The translations under genes were made by a program, and so were the position numbers. Of a stretch of 64,000 bases of DNA, positions 19,075-29,028 are shown one piece after another. The notes beneath the pieces were generated by a model. That model had not been told where the DNA came from. It saw nothing but the letters and a program-made list of their open reading frames with translations, and searched no databases. The DNA is from an uncultured delta proteobacterium (GTDB lineage: Bacteria; Myxococcota_A; Polyangia; Polyangiales; Polyangiaceae): NCBI GenBank assembly GCA_963716725.1, contig CAVQUB010000011.1, positions 465,271 through 529,270 of the forward strand, given 5' to 3'. Each line of letters opens with the position of its first letter. Position 1 is the first letter of the stretch.

Positions 19075-20370
19075 ATGGCCACCTCCAAAGTCGCCATCGT
19101 CCGCACCTCCCCCGCGACCGTGCTCGAGGACTACCACCGCGTGATGAACCTGGCCGGCTACCAGGACGTGGTCGACAAGACCGCGGACACGGCGCTGAAG
19201 ATCAACATCTCGCTGGCACTTCTTCTACCCCGGCAGTCGTCGACCACGCCCTGGCAGCTCGAGGGCGTGATCCGCGCCATGAAGCAGGACGGCTACGACC
19301 GCGACCTGATCCACGGCTGCCACAACCGCACCGTGGTCATCGACGCGCACCTCGGCGAGCGCGAGAACAAGCAGATCGACGTGATCGAGGCCCACGGCCT
19401 GCGCAACGTGCACCTCTACGAGGGCGAGGAGTGGATCAACGTCCGCGACGCGGTCGGCGATCTGACCGAGAAGTTCCTCGTGCCTGAACGAGGTCTACCC
19501 CAAGGGCTTCACGCATCCCGAAGCGCTTCATCGGCGAGAACATCATCCACCTGCCGACGGTCAAGACCCACGTCTTCACCACCACCACCGGCGCGATGAA
19601 GAACGCCTTCGGCGGCCTGCTCAACGAGCACCGCCACTGGACGCACCCGGTGATCCACGAGACGCTGGTCGATCTGCTGATGATCCAGAAGAAGATCCAC
19701 CGCGGCGTCTTCGCGGTGATGGACGGCACCTTCGCCGGCGACGGGCCCGGGCCCGCGCTGCATGATCCCGCACGTCAAGAACGTGATGCTGGCCTCGCGC
19801 CGACCAGGTGGCCATCGACGCCGTGGCCGCCAAGCTGATGGGCTTCGACCCGCTGCGCGACCTCAAGTTCATCCGCCTGGCCCACGAGCAGGGCCTGGGC
19901 TGCGGCGACCCGCGCGAGATCGAGATCGTCGGCGACCTGGACGCCGCCGAGGAGAACTGGCACTTCGACGGCCCGTTCAAGAAGATGACCTTCGCCAGCA
20001 CGAATGCAGCACCAGATCTACTGGGGCCCGCTCAAGAAGCCCGTCGAGTGGTCGCTCAAGACCTGGCTCGCGCCCTGGGCCTACGTCGCGTCGGTCGCGT
20101 ACCACGACATGTTCTGGTACCCGTTCTACGGCAAGGCGCGCGTCGAGGAGGCGCTGCGCAGCGACTGGGGCCGGCTCTTCGCCAACTGGGGCAAGGCCCA
20201 GCCCGACGCCGCAGGCCGCGGTTATCCCGACGTGGGCTCCGAGCACCCCGAGCTGGTGCGCACTGGCCTGAAGCATTTCGCCGAAGGGCTTCCGCCTGGT
20301 CGGCATGGCCGTGGCCGAGAGCCCAGAGATCCAGGCCCGCAAGCGTCGCTCAGCCCAAGCGGAGCTCTGA
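19075..20370 (+). CDS. DUF362 domain protein, multiply frameshifted in this sequence
   Basis: Pieces in alternating frames: LKINISWH, TTPWQLEGV, IIHLPTVKTH, GAMKNAFGG, AVMDGT, VAIDAVAAKLMGFDP. Confidence 0.8.
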
Positions 20371-20379
20371 TCACCTCCG

Positions 20380-20925
20380 TCAGAGGTGGATGAGTCCGCG
20401 GCGCGCGGCGAGCAAGATCGCCGCGACGTGCACGCCGTGGAAAATTTCACCGCGCTCGATGCAGGCCACGAGCTCTCGAACCGGGACGAGCACCACGCGG
20501 ATGTGCTCGCTCTCGTCGAGCTGCTGCTCGGCTACTTTCAGCGAGTGCCGCGCGAAGAAGAAATGCGCCCGATTGGTGTGCCGACTGGGTTCAGTGTTCA
20601 GCGTGACCAGCGGCTCCCAGTCCTGGGCTTCGTAGCCCGTCTCTTCGCGCAGCTCGCGGCGAGCCGCCTCGAGCACCGACTCGTGCCCGTCCACAACGCC
20701 TGCGGGTAGCTCACGGCTGATCCGGGCCGCGCCGTGCCGGTACTGCTCGACCATCACGACGTGGTCGTCGTCGGTCAGCGCCAAGATGGCCGTCCAATCC
20801 GGCGCAACGATCACATGGAACTCGTCGATCTCTCCGCCGTGCGGCAGCTCGATGCGCTCCTCCCTCACTTGGAGCCACTTCCGGTCCAGGAGAATCGAGC
20901 TGTCAACGATGCGCCAAGGTCTCAT
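20380..20925 (-). CDS. NUDIX hydrolase (ADP-ribose pyrophosphatase-like)
   Basis: VEQYRH, ELPAGVVD-x7-ARRELREETGY. Confidence 0.9.
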   Translation of the reverse strand: MRPWRIVDSSILLDRKWLQVREERIELPHGGEIDEFHVIVAPDWTAILALTDDDHVVMVEQYRHGAARISRELPAGVVDGHESVLEAARRELREETGYEAQDWEPLVTLNTEPSRHTNRAHFFFARHSLKVAEQQLDESEHIRVVLVPVRELVACIERGEIFHGVHVAAILLAARRGLIHL

Positions 20926-21040
20926 GCGGTCCTCACTTCGCCTCTACGCACCGGGGCACTATATCTGACAGATCCGCGGAGGAGCACCGAGGAGGCACGG
21001 AACATTTCCATCCTCGCCCGTGTCGCTCTAAGAAGGCCCG

Positions 21041-22639
21041 ATGTTGCGCGCTCCCCTGATCGCCTCCCTGCTCTGCCTCTCCGCCCTCACTACCGCCTGC
21101 GCCGGCGCGCAGCCACCGGCCGCGCTGCCGCCGAGCACGCCGCCCCCGGCAGCCCCGACTGCCGCGACACCCGACGATCCGTCGATGGCGCTGCCCGGCG
21201 ACGCAGACAAAGTTCCGCCCCCGCCTGCCGAATGCGACGCGTTTCTGACCCGTAGCGCCCCGGCGGCCAGCTGCGACGAAAAGAACGCGCACGGGCTGTT
21301 GGCCGACGCGCTCGCCAAGGCCGATCTGGCCGAGCGCGACGCGGCGCTTTCGGCCCTCGAGGGCTGCGCCAAGCTGCCGCCGGGGCTCGGCCGAGCGCTG
21401 CGCGCCGAGCTCGCGCCGGTCGCGTGCGGCGACGTCTTGGTCGAACCCACCCTCGCGAAGCCACCCACCGGGCTCGACCCCGAGATGCGCGACACGCTGA
21501 TGGGCCTCGGCTTCGCGGCCCGGGCCGCCCGACTGGTCCGCGAGGCCCCGAAGCTCGCGCCGCCCCACTCCAAGTCGCGGGTGAACCAGTTCGTCTCCGG
21601 TCCGCTGAGGCACTGGATCGAGGGGCAGGCGAAAGCCATTCACTCCGTGAGCCTGCACGGCTCGAACCTGACCGGTTACGGCAAGGCCGTGGTCGCCATC
21701 GAGGCGGGCCTCGCAGATCTGCGCTTCGTCGAAGTGGCGCGCTCCGCGCCGATGCCAGAAGAGCTCGCCAAAGACCCCGAGCTGCGCGATGCCTACGTCG
21801 GCGCGCTGGAACAAGCGCTCGAGCCCCGAAAGAACCGCGGTCGCGACGCGGCCTTGGTGGGGCTGAAGAGGCTAGCGGAAGCCGGCGTCATCCACGACGC
21901 CCGGGTCGCCCGCGCGCGCAAGCTCTTGTCCGAGGTCTACGCCGGGCGGCGCATCGACGCCCTCGACTCGCTGCTGCTGCCGGAGCTGCCAGCCGCGAAG
22001 CCGAAGACCGATCTCGAGCGTCTCGCCGCGCTCCTGCCGACCCCCTACGCAGCACAAGTGTTCGCCGCGCACCCACCTGGCGACGCGGTGCTGCTGCGAT
22101 CGCTGATCGATCGCGGCCTGCCCAGGCCCACACGCGGGAAGCTGCAATCCGACAAGGCGCTCTCCGCCGACAGCCGTCGCTTGCTGGCACGGGCGCTGTT
22201 CGCCTTGGGCCAGCGCTACTGGCGGGCGGCGGACTTCGCTGCGGCGGCTGCCGCGCTGGGCGGCTGGAGGCCCACGGGCGCAACCAAGGACGAGGTCGAG
22301 CTCGTCACTGCCCTTGCCAGCATCTTGCAGTCGGGACCCAAAGACGCGACCGAGATGATGGCGAAGGGACCGCAGCTTCCCAAGGGAGTCGGCGATGTGG
22401 CCAAGCTCGACGAGATCGGAAAGGGCAAGGGCGAGCGCGCGGGCATCGCGCTCTTCAACGCCGCACGGCTGCTCGAAATCGCACGCCCGTTGAACGCCGA
22501 TGCTGCGTACTTCGAGTCCATTGCGGTGCGCTACACCAAGGCGGCGGCGGAGCTCGGCGACGCGACAAAGAAGCGCGAGGCGACCGATCGCGCCAAGGCC
22601 GCCCGGGACACCGTGACCGCCCTGGGCAAGAAGCCCTGA
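21041..22639 (+). CDS. Hypothetical alpha-helical lipoprotein
   Basis: Lipobox LTTAC, Pro-rich linker, high-GC3 codon usage. Confidence 0.7.
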   Translation: MLRAPLIASLLCLSALTTACAGAQPPAALPPSTPPPAAPTAATPDDPSMALPGDADKVPPPPAECDAFLTRSAPAASCDEKNAHGLLADALAKADLAERDAALSALEGCAKLPPGLGRALRAELAPVACGDVLVEPTLAKPPTGLDPEMRDTLMGLGFAARAARLVREAPKLAPPHSKSRVNQFVSGPLRHWIEGQAKAIHSVSLHGSNLTGYGKAVVAIEAGLADLRFVEVARSAPMPEELAKDPELRDAYVGALEQALEPRKNRGRDAALVGLKRLAEAGVIHDARVARARKLLSEVYAGRRIDALDSLLLPELPAAKPKTDLERLAALLPTPYAAQVFAAHPPGDAVLLRSLIDRGLPRPTRGKLQSDKALSADSRRLLARALFALGQRYWRAADFAAAAAALGGWRPTGATKDEVELVTALASILQSGPKDATEMMAKGPQLPKGVGDVAKLDEIGKGKGERAGIALFNAARLLEIARPLNADAAYFESIAVRYTKAAAELGDATKKREATDRAKAARDTVTALGKKP

Positions 22640-22665
22640 CGACGCGGCCGTACTACAATACGCCC

Positions 22666-23604
22666 GTGCACCTGGCTTTCATCGGGGGAACCCGCTTCAT
22701 CGGGCGCGCTGCGGCGCTGCGGGCGCTTCGCGCCGGCCACCGCGTGAGCGTGTTTCATCGGGGGCAGCACGCCTGCGACGTCGCGGGGGCCGAGGACGTC
22801 CTGGTCGATCGCGGAGATCCGTCGGCGCTCTCGGCGGCGCTCGCTCGCAGCGCTCCCGACGTGGTCATCGACACACGCGCGATGACCCGATCCGACGCGC
22901 AGGTGACGGCGCTCGCGCTGAAGGTGCTCGGCGTGCCGGGAGTCGTGCTGTCGAGCATCGACGTGTACGCGCAGTTCGGGCTGCTGAACGGCCTGCCCGG
23001 TCCCGAGCCCGAGGCGGTGGTGTCCGAGACCGCCCCGCTCACGGTGCCCTACCCTTTTCGCGGACTCAGCACCGATCTGCCACCCGACTACGACAAGAAG
23101 GAGGTGGAGCAGGAGCTCGAAGACGCCGGGGTCGACGTCGTGGTGCTGCGCTTGCCGGCGGTGTACGGCAGCCGCGATCATCGCCGGCGCTTCGGAGGCA
23201 TCGTGGATCGCCTCGACGCCGGCGCGCGCGTTCTGCCCTGCCAGGGAGGCGCCGCGTTTCGTCATGCCCACGCGCACGTCGAAGACGTCGCGCACGCGAT
23301 CTTGCTCGGCGCCGAGCGCGGACCCCGAGGGTTCTCGGTGATGAACGTCGCCGAGCTCGAGACTCCCACCATGCGGGCGCGCGCGGAGGCCATCGCGGGC
23401 GCTATGGGCGCCGGCATCGAGTGGCAGGAATCCACCGGCGATCTGCCCGGTGATCTGGCCATTTTGGGCCGCATGCCCAACGACGTCGTGCTGAGCTCGG
23501 CGAGGGTGCGCACACTCCTGGGCTTCGCCGAGGTCACGACGGCAGACGAGCGCCTGCGCGACCTCATCGACGGGCTGCGCGCGAGCCGGCTCTCCGTCAA
23601 CTGA
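22666..23604 (+). CDS. NAD-dependent epimerase/dehydratase (atypical SDR)
   Basis: GGTRFIG, VSVFHRG, SSIDVY, YDKKEVE, LRLPAVYG, HVEDVA. Confidence 0.85.
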   Translation: MHLAFIGGTRFIGRAAALRALRAGHRVSVFHRGQHACDVAGAEDVLVDRGDPSALSAALARSAPDVVIDTRAMTRSDAQVTALALKVLGVPGVVLSSIDVYAQFGLLNGLPGPEPEAVVSETAPLTVPYPFRGLSTDLPPDYDKKEVEQELEDAGVDVVVLRLPAVYGSRDHRRRFGGIVDRLDAGARVLPCQGGAAFRHAHAHVEDVAHAILLGAERGPRGFSVMNVAELETPTMRARAEAIAGAMGAGIEWQESTGDLPGDLAILGRMPNDVVLSSARVRTLLGFAEVTTADERLRDLIDGLRASRLSVN

Positions 23605-23607
23605 CGG

Positions 23608-24141
23608 CTACTTCAGCACCAAGTCGCCGCCGGCGAAGGCGACCTGGGGCACGGGCTTGCCGTCGGCGGCGACGAAGGCACCGCGGTCGGAGACGAAGTC
23701 GATGGCGCCGGGCTGCCGCTGGCTGAGCGCGAAGGTCAGCACCCCGATCACGACCTCGGCGCCGGAGACGCCGCTCGCCTTGCCCTTGTGGGTCAGCGTG
23801 CCGACGAGCAGGCCTGGGGTCTTGGCAGCGCCGAGGGCCATGGGCGTCGAGCCGCCCCAGGCTGGCGACGCTTCGAGCTTGGCGAAGACCAGCGTGTCGG
23901 GATCGTAGCGCAGGCGAAACGCCACGCCGTAGAGATCGGTCAGCGAGTTGCCGACCAGCTCGAGCACCAGGCTATCGCCAGTGATCGCCTTTTCACGAAG
24001 TGTCAGCGAAGTGCCGGCGGGCCTCGCGTCGGCCTCGAACACCAGCTTGGGCTCGGGCTTGGGCTTGGAAGCGCCGCCCTCGTCGTCCGACGAGCACGCG
24101 AGCACCAGCAGTGGCAGCGCGAGGACGCACCAGCGAATCAC
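23608..24141 (-). CDS. Cohesin-like domain lipoprotein
   Basis: Lipobox VLAC; TDLYGVAFRLRYDPDTLVF and GAEVVIGVLTF are cohesin-type strands. Confidence 0.7.
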   Translation of the reverse strand: MIRWCVLALPLLVLACSSDDEGGASKPKPEPKLVFEADARPAGTSLTLREKAITGDSLVLELVGNSLTDLYGVAFRLRYDPDTLVFAKLEASPAWGGSTPMALGAAKTPGLLVGTLTHKGKASGVSGAEVVIGVLTFALSQRQPGAIDFVSDRGAFVAADGKPVPQVAFAGGDLVLK

Positions 24142-26051
24142 TGTCCACCCGCCTTCACTGTGCCAAATGCGCCGGCGACGACGGCCAGGTCCGACTCCGA
24201 GATCGAACCGTTTTCGTCGACGTCGCAGCGCGGATCGAAGTCGAGGTCACTCGCCCAGATCCCCTCGCCGTCCGGCTGGGACGGATCAGCGGATTTGCCG
24301 AGCCGGAACGCGCAATGGATGACGTCGATCCCGTCGACCTGGCCGTCGAAATCCAGGTCGGCGGCCGTCGCCGAGCGGCTCCAGATCATGCCGTCTTGGC
24401 GGGGATTGGGTCGAACGCTGCGCACCGGCGCGGGTTCAGTGATCGTCACCGGCTGACCTGCCTCGAAAGTGACGAGCTGCTTCTTCACGCTGCCGTCGGC
24501 CAGCGTGATCCAGAGTTCCATCGGCAGCGAGAGCCCGCCGACGTCGGCGGCAGTGACGCTGAGCTTGCCGGACGCTTGACTGAAGCCGATGCGCGGCTCG
24601 GCGGCGCTCCCGGCCCACACCCACTGCGCAAACACGCCAGCGAGCTTTTGCCCGCTGGCCTTCTCGATCAGGGCTAGGAAATCCGCGGAGTCGCACAGCT
24701 TCTGAGCGCAGCCCTTGGCCCAGCTGCGCAGCACGCCGGCAAACACCTCGTCGCCAACGATCACGCGCAGGTATTCGATGAACGCCGACGATCGAATGTA
24801 GGCCCAGAGCGTGTCTTGGACGCTGTCCGTCGGCGCCTCCGTCCAGCTGGAGACCACGAGCGGCAGCGCGGGATCGCCCCGATACTTCACCAGCATCCAG
24901 TGCTCGCGGTAGCGCCGGGCCAGGTACTCCTCCCGGGGCGTGCCAGCGTGCTGCACCTGCGCCGCGTAGTCGATCTGGCTGAAGGTCGCCAAGCCTTCGA
25001 CCAGCCAGCGCGTGGTCCCGATGTCCGTCGGCGACACCAGCACGCCCCACCACTGGTGCGCGTTCTCGTGGGCCAGAGTTTCCTCGAAGTAGTCCGCGCT
25101 TCCCGAGGCGTAGTCCTCGCTCAGCAGCGTGAGCCCGTGGCCGGCCGTGCCGCGGAAGATGTTCAGCCAGCCGACCGGCAACTTGAACACCTTGAGCTCT
25201 GGGTAGGGCAGCTTCTGGCCCGCCTGGGCGTCCATGAAGGGCAAGATGTCCTGCATCCAGCCCGCCATTTCGCTGGCATACCCGGGGCCATCGCTGGTGG
25301 TGAACACCCCGGTCGCCAGGCTCACTCCGGTCACTGCCTTCGACGCGAGCTGCCCCATCATCACGATGTTGCCGCCGTAGCTGTGGTAGCCGGGGATCAC
25401 CCACTCGGTCGTGGTCTTGCCGCCGCTCGAGCTCTTCGAGACGCGGTCGCCGCTGGCGACGACGTCGGTGCCGTCGGGCACCGAGATCACCAGGGAGCGA
25501 CCCGCGCCCCAGGCGTTGTAGCCGCCGAGGTTGTCTTGATCGTACACGCCGGGGATGGCGCCGTTCTCCGCCAGGAATGCCAACGGTTTGCCCGCGAAAC
25601 ACCCGCCGTTTTTGCACTCGAGAGTGCCGGCGTAGGCCGCGGTGAGGCTGAGCTGCTCACCGCTCGCGAGCGCCGGTGTCACGCTGAACGTCGCCTGCGT
25701 GTAGCCCTGGTAGGCCTTGTTCGAGACGCCCACGACCTTTCCCGCTGCCGCGGCCTGAGACACCGTCAGCCCGCCGTCGATCAAGATCGCGATCTGCGTG
25801 ACCGGTGTCAGCGCCTTGACCTTCAGGACGACCTGACCCGTGAGCACGCCGCTCTCGGGCACTACGTCGAGCATGGTGTCGACGGAGAGCACCTGGGTGC
25901 TGGCGTAGAGCGGGGACGACAGCAGCTGTGGCAGCGGCGCCCCGATGCCGGCCTGCCGCTGCGCGACCAGATCGGCGTAGCGCGGGATCGGTGTCGCCCA
26001 CGCCGAGCTCGCGGCGAAAAGAATCCCCAGACCCAGACCGCGAAGCGTCAT
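24138..26051 (-). CDS. Secreted M1 (gluzincin) peptidase with C-terminal dockerin-like domain
   Basis: Signal peptide; LAHENAHQWWG...WLVEGLATF; C-terminal paired loops DLDFDGQVDGID and DVDENGSISESD. Confidence 0.85.
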   Translation of the reverse strand: MTLRGLGLGILFAASSAWATPIPRYADLVAQRQAGIGAPLPQLLSSPLYASTQVLSVDTMLDVVPESGVLTGQVVLKVKALTPVTQIAILIDGGLTVSQAAAAGKVVGVSNKAYQGYTQATFSVTPALASGEQLSLTAAYAGTLECKNGGCFAGKPLAFLAENGAIPGVYDQDNLGGYNAWGAGRSLVISVPDGTDVVASGDRVSKSSSGGKTTTEWVIPGYHSYGGNIVMMGQLASKAVTGVSLATGVFTTSDGPGYASEMAGWMQDILPFMDAQAGQKLPYPELKVFKLPVGWLNIFRGTAGHGLTLLSEDYASGSADYFEETLAHENAHQWWGVLVSPTDIGTTRWLVEGLATFSQIDYAAQVQHAGTPREEYLARRYREHWMLVKYRGDPALPLVVSSWTEAPTDSVQDTLWAYIRSSAFIEYLRVIVGDEVFAGVLRSWAKGCAQKLCDSADFLALIEKASGQKLAGVFAQWVWAGSAAEPRIGFSQASGKLSVTAADVGGLSLPMELWITLADGSVKKQLVTFEAGQPVTITEPAPVRSVRPNPRQDGMIWSRSATAADLDFDGQVDGIDVIHCAFRLGKSADPSQPDGEGIWASDLDFDPRCDVDENGSISESDLAVVAGAFGTVKAGGQ

Positions 26052-26096
26052 CGGCGACCCGAAGCCTGGCCGCGTTCGAACCACTACGCAAGACGT

Positions 26097-26429
26097 TCAG
26101 CGCAGCTCGAGCTCGAAGTCGTCTTCGACGACGATCTCGTCCCCTTCGATCCGCGCCAGAAACCGCCGCTGGTCGCCGCAGAGCCCGGCCGGAGCGATCA
26201 GCGCTCCGGTGCTCAGCGCGAACACGTAGCCGTGCATGGGGCAGGTGACGGTGTCGGCGTCACGCCTGCCCTCCGCCAAGCTCGCTCCCGCGTGATTGCA
26301 GCCGTCCTCGATGGCATGGGGCCGGCCCGCCACCAGCGCGACGCACACGTCGTAGGGCGGGTATTCGAGGCGCACCAGTCCCTCGCGTTCGACCCGCTCG
26401 AGGGGGACCCGGCCGACCAGCTTCTTCAC
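26097..26429 (-). CDS. Rieske [2Fe-2S] ferredoxin
   Basis: CNH...CPMHG motifs; GTG start at 26429. Confidence 0.88.
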   Translation of the reverse strand: MKKLVGRVPLERVEREGLVRLEYPPYDVCVALVAGRPHAIEDGCNHAGASLAEGRRDADTVTCPMHGYVFALSTGALIAPAGLCGDQRRFLARIEGDEIVVEDDFELELR

Positions 26430-26440
26430 GGGATCCGAGA

Positions 26441-27313
26441 TCAGAACCGCCCGCCGTAGCCCACCCAGCCGCCGGACTTCCCGACGCGCAAGTCGAGCCC
26501 CGCGGTCTCTTTCTTCGGGGTCTTGCTGCCTGCGAGCCAGAGGTAGGTCGCTGCGCCGATACAAGCGACCCCGACGCCCAGCGCGATGTCCCCGATCAAG
26601 CGCTTCTGCTTGATCGAATCGACGTCGCCCGAGGCGCAATTGGGCTCGCACTTCGAGCTCTCGAGGTCGCTCTCTTCGCCGCTCGCGCCGAGCCAAAAAT
26701 ACGCGGTCCCGCCCAACGCCAAGAGCCCCACCCCACCGAGCACGTAGCTGATCATCGGCGGCTTGCCCGCGGTGGGCTTCTGCTCTGGCTCGGGGTCGGG
26801 GTCGGGCTGGGGATCGGCTGCCGCAGGCGGGGACGCGCTCTGTTTCGCGAAGCTGACCGAGATGACCTTGTTCTTCTGGCCTTGGCGCAGAATGAACTCT
26901 TGTTCGACGGGCGCCTCGCCGGCGTATTCCAGCAGGAGCTTGTGGGTTCCCGGGTCGACCTCAATGGCGTTGACGTCGAGCTTCTCGGTGAGCACCTCTC
27001 CGTCGAGAGTCACCTTCACCTCGAAGGTCTCCTTGCCGTCCGGCCCCTTCGCCTCGATCACAATGGACGGGATCGACGCGTTCACCTCATCGAGCCAGGA
27101 CACGCAGTCCTTCTTCACGGCCGCCAGACACTCGTCTTTGGCGCAGATGAGCAGCTGTTCGCGAGCCTTCTTGAAGGAGCTCGCGGCCTTCAGCTTCTGC
27201 GCATCGACGTAGGAGGCGGCGCACTCCTTCTTGCCCGCGACCGCCGGCGGAGCCACCGACACGACCGCTAGCGCTGCCACGGTCACGAGCCCGAAGAGTC
27301 CTGTCTGCTTCAT
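26441..27313 (-). CDS. Exported PEGA-like domain protein with C-terminal hydrophobic helices and terminal-Phe beta strand
   Basis: Signal peptide; helical Cys domain; VTLDGE...EVDPGTHKL; ends GWVGYGGRF. Confidence 0.65.
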   Translation of the reverse strand: MKQTGLFGLVTVAALAVVSVAPPAVAGKKECAASYVDAQKLKAASSFKKAREQLLICAKDECLAAVKKDCVSWLDEVNASIPSIVIEAKGPDGKETFEVKVTLDGEVLTEKLDVNAIEVDPGTHKLLLEYAGEAPVEQEFILRQGQKNKVISVSFAKQSASPPAAADPQPDPDPEPEQKPTAGKPPMISYVLGGVGLLALGGTAYFWLGASGEESDLESSKCEPNCASGDVDSIKQKRLIGDIALGVGVACIGAATYLWLAGSKTPKKETAGLDLRVGKSGGWVGYGGRF

Positions 27314-27314
27314 C

Positions 27315-29021
27315 TCACATGCACTCCGGCTTGACGTGTTTGATGCCGCTCGAGTCGACCGTGAACGGCGTCTCGCAGCCCTTGGCAACCTTCGGCGGCG
27401 GCTTGGTGACGGTGGCCGTCGCTTGGGTCTGGGGCGGCTTCTCGGTCGCGGGTTTGTCCGGCTTCGCCGCCGCGGGGGCGGGTTTGTCTGGCTTTGGCCC
27501 GGGAGGGCTGGGCTTGTCTTCCGGGAGGTCGATCACGGCGATGCCAGTGGCAATGGGAGCCGCGCTCGGCTCCGGCGCGGCCTCGGGCGCCACCGCGCCG
27601 GTGGACGGCGCTGTCACCGACGCCGTCGTGGGAGAAACTTCGATCGCCGACTCGGGCACGCGCGAGCGACCGCGGAACCAGACGAAGAGCATGATGATGG
27701 AGAGTCCAAAGACCGCTGACACCGCCACGGACGCGAAGATGACCTTGCCTCTGGAGGTGGGTGCGACCGCAGGTTGCGGCGAGCCTGGCCAGGCCGCTGC
27801 GAGTGCGCCCGGCAGCGGCTGCGCCGGCTGGGGGTGACCATGCGCCACCAGCGATGGGTGCAGCGCGAACGACGCCGACCCTTCCATGGGTCCCGGGTGG
27901 TGTGGGAGCGGAGGCGGAGGCGGCGTTCCGAACTGCAACCCGGGGGATTGAGTGATGCCGGAGCGAGATGCGTCGAAGCGGGGCGGATCGTGGAACACCT
28001 GGGGACCGGACGCATCGTGCAGAGAGACTCGAACCGCGCTGGTGCTCTCCATCTCGCGCACCCTCGCTGCGCGAATCGCCAAGGTCTCGGCGCCGACCGA
28101 CTGCACCCACTCCGCCACCTCGTAGGGCGAGGCGACGCCGATGGTGCGCTCGACGGCGATGGCCAACTCGCGAGCCGTGCTCCAACGCTCGTCCGGGTTC
28201 ATCGCCAGCCCGCGCATCACCAGCGCGTCTACCTCCGGCGGCACCGAAGGATTCAGGGACGAGGGCGGCGGGAAACCGCCCGCGAGCACCGCTCCGAGAA
28301 CCTGGCCCTCGCTCATGCCATGAATGAGCCGACGCCCCGCAAAGCCCTCCCACATCAGGGCCGCTGCGGCGTAGATGTCCGTGCGCCGGTCGAGCTCGTC
28401 ACCGCGGATCTGCTCCGGCGCCATGTAGGCGAGCTTGCCTTTGAGCTGGCCGTCGCGAGTGTTCTGCATGCGCCCGGCAGCCTTGGCCACGCCAAAGTCG
28501 AGCACCCGGGCGACGCCGTCGACCCCGACCAAGACGTTCTGGGGCGACACGTCTCGATGCACGATGCCCAGCGGTCGCCCGTGCTCGTCCGTGGCTTCGT
28601 GAGCCGCGTGCAAGCCGTGCAGGGTGTTGACCAAGATGCTCGCCAGCACCCGCGACCCGATGGGCACCCCCTTGACGCGGGTCGCTTTGAGCAGGTGCGA
28701 GAAGCTCTCGCCTTGGACGTAGTCGAGGACCAGAAAGACCTCGCCTTCGGAGGCGACGACGTCGAGGGTCGCGACCACGTTCGGGTGCTGGATGCGAGCG
28801 GCGACCCTCGCCTCGTCGAGGAACATGCTGACGAACTCGGGATCCCGGGCAAGGTGCGGATGCAGGCACTTGATGGCGACGGTCTTGGAGAAGCCGACGG
28901 GGCCGAGCATGCGGCCGAGGTGCACGGTCGCCATGCCGCCGGCGGCAATCTCGTCGAAGAGCGCGTAGCGCCCGAGCACTCGCTCGTTTCCGGTCCTTCC
29001 GGTCATGGGTCGCTCACTCAT
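27315..29021 (-). CDS. Membrane-anchored Hanks-type Ser/Thr protein kinase
   Basis: IAAGGMATV, VAIK, HRDVSPQN, DFGVAKA, GKLAYMAPE; TM helix; Pro-rich tail. Confidence 0.95.
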   Translation of the reverse strand: MSERPMTGRTGNERVLGRYALFDEIAAGGMATVHLGRMLGPVGFSKTVAIKCLHPHLARDPEFVSMFLDEARVAARIQHPNVVATLDVVASEGEVFLVLDYVQGESFSHLLKATRVKGVPIGSRVLASILVNTLHGLHAAHEATDEHGRPLGIVHRDVSPQNVLVGVDGVARVLDFGVAKAAGRMQNTRDGQLKGKLAYMAPEQIRGDELDRRTDIYAAAALMWEGFAGRRLIHGMSEGQVLGAVLAGGFPPPSSLNPSVPPEVDALVMRGLAMNPDERWSTARELAIAVERTIGVASPYEVAEWVQSVGAETLAIRAARVREMESTSAVRVSLHDASGPQVFHDPPRFDASRSGITQSPGLQFGTPPPPPLPHHPGPMEGSASFALHPSLVAHGHPQPAQPLPGALAAAWPGSPQPAVAPTSRGKVIFASVAVSAVFGLSIIMLFVWFRGRSRVPESAIEVSPTTASVTAPSTGAVAPEAAPEPSAAPIATGIAVIDLPEDKPSPPGPKPDKPAPAAAKPDKPATEKPPQTQATATVTKPPPKVAKGCETPFTVDSSGIKHVKPECM

Positions 29022-29028
29022 GCCTAGT

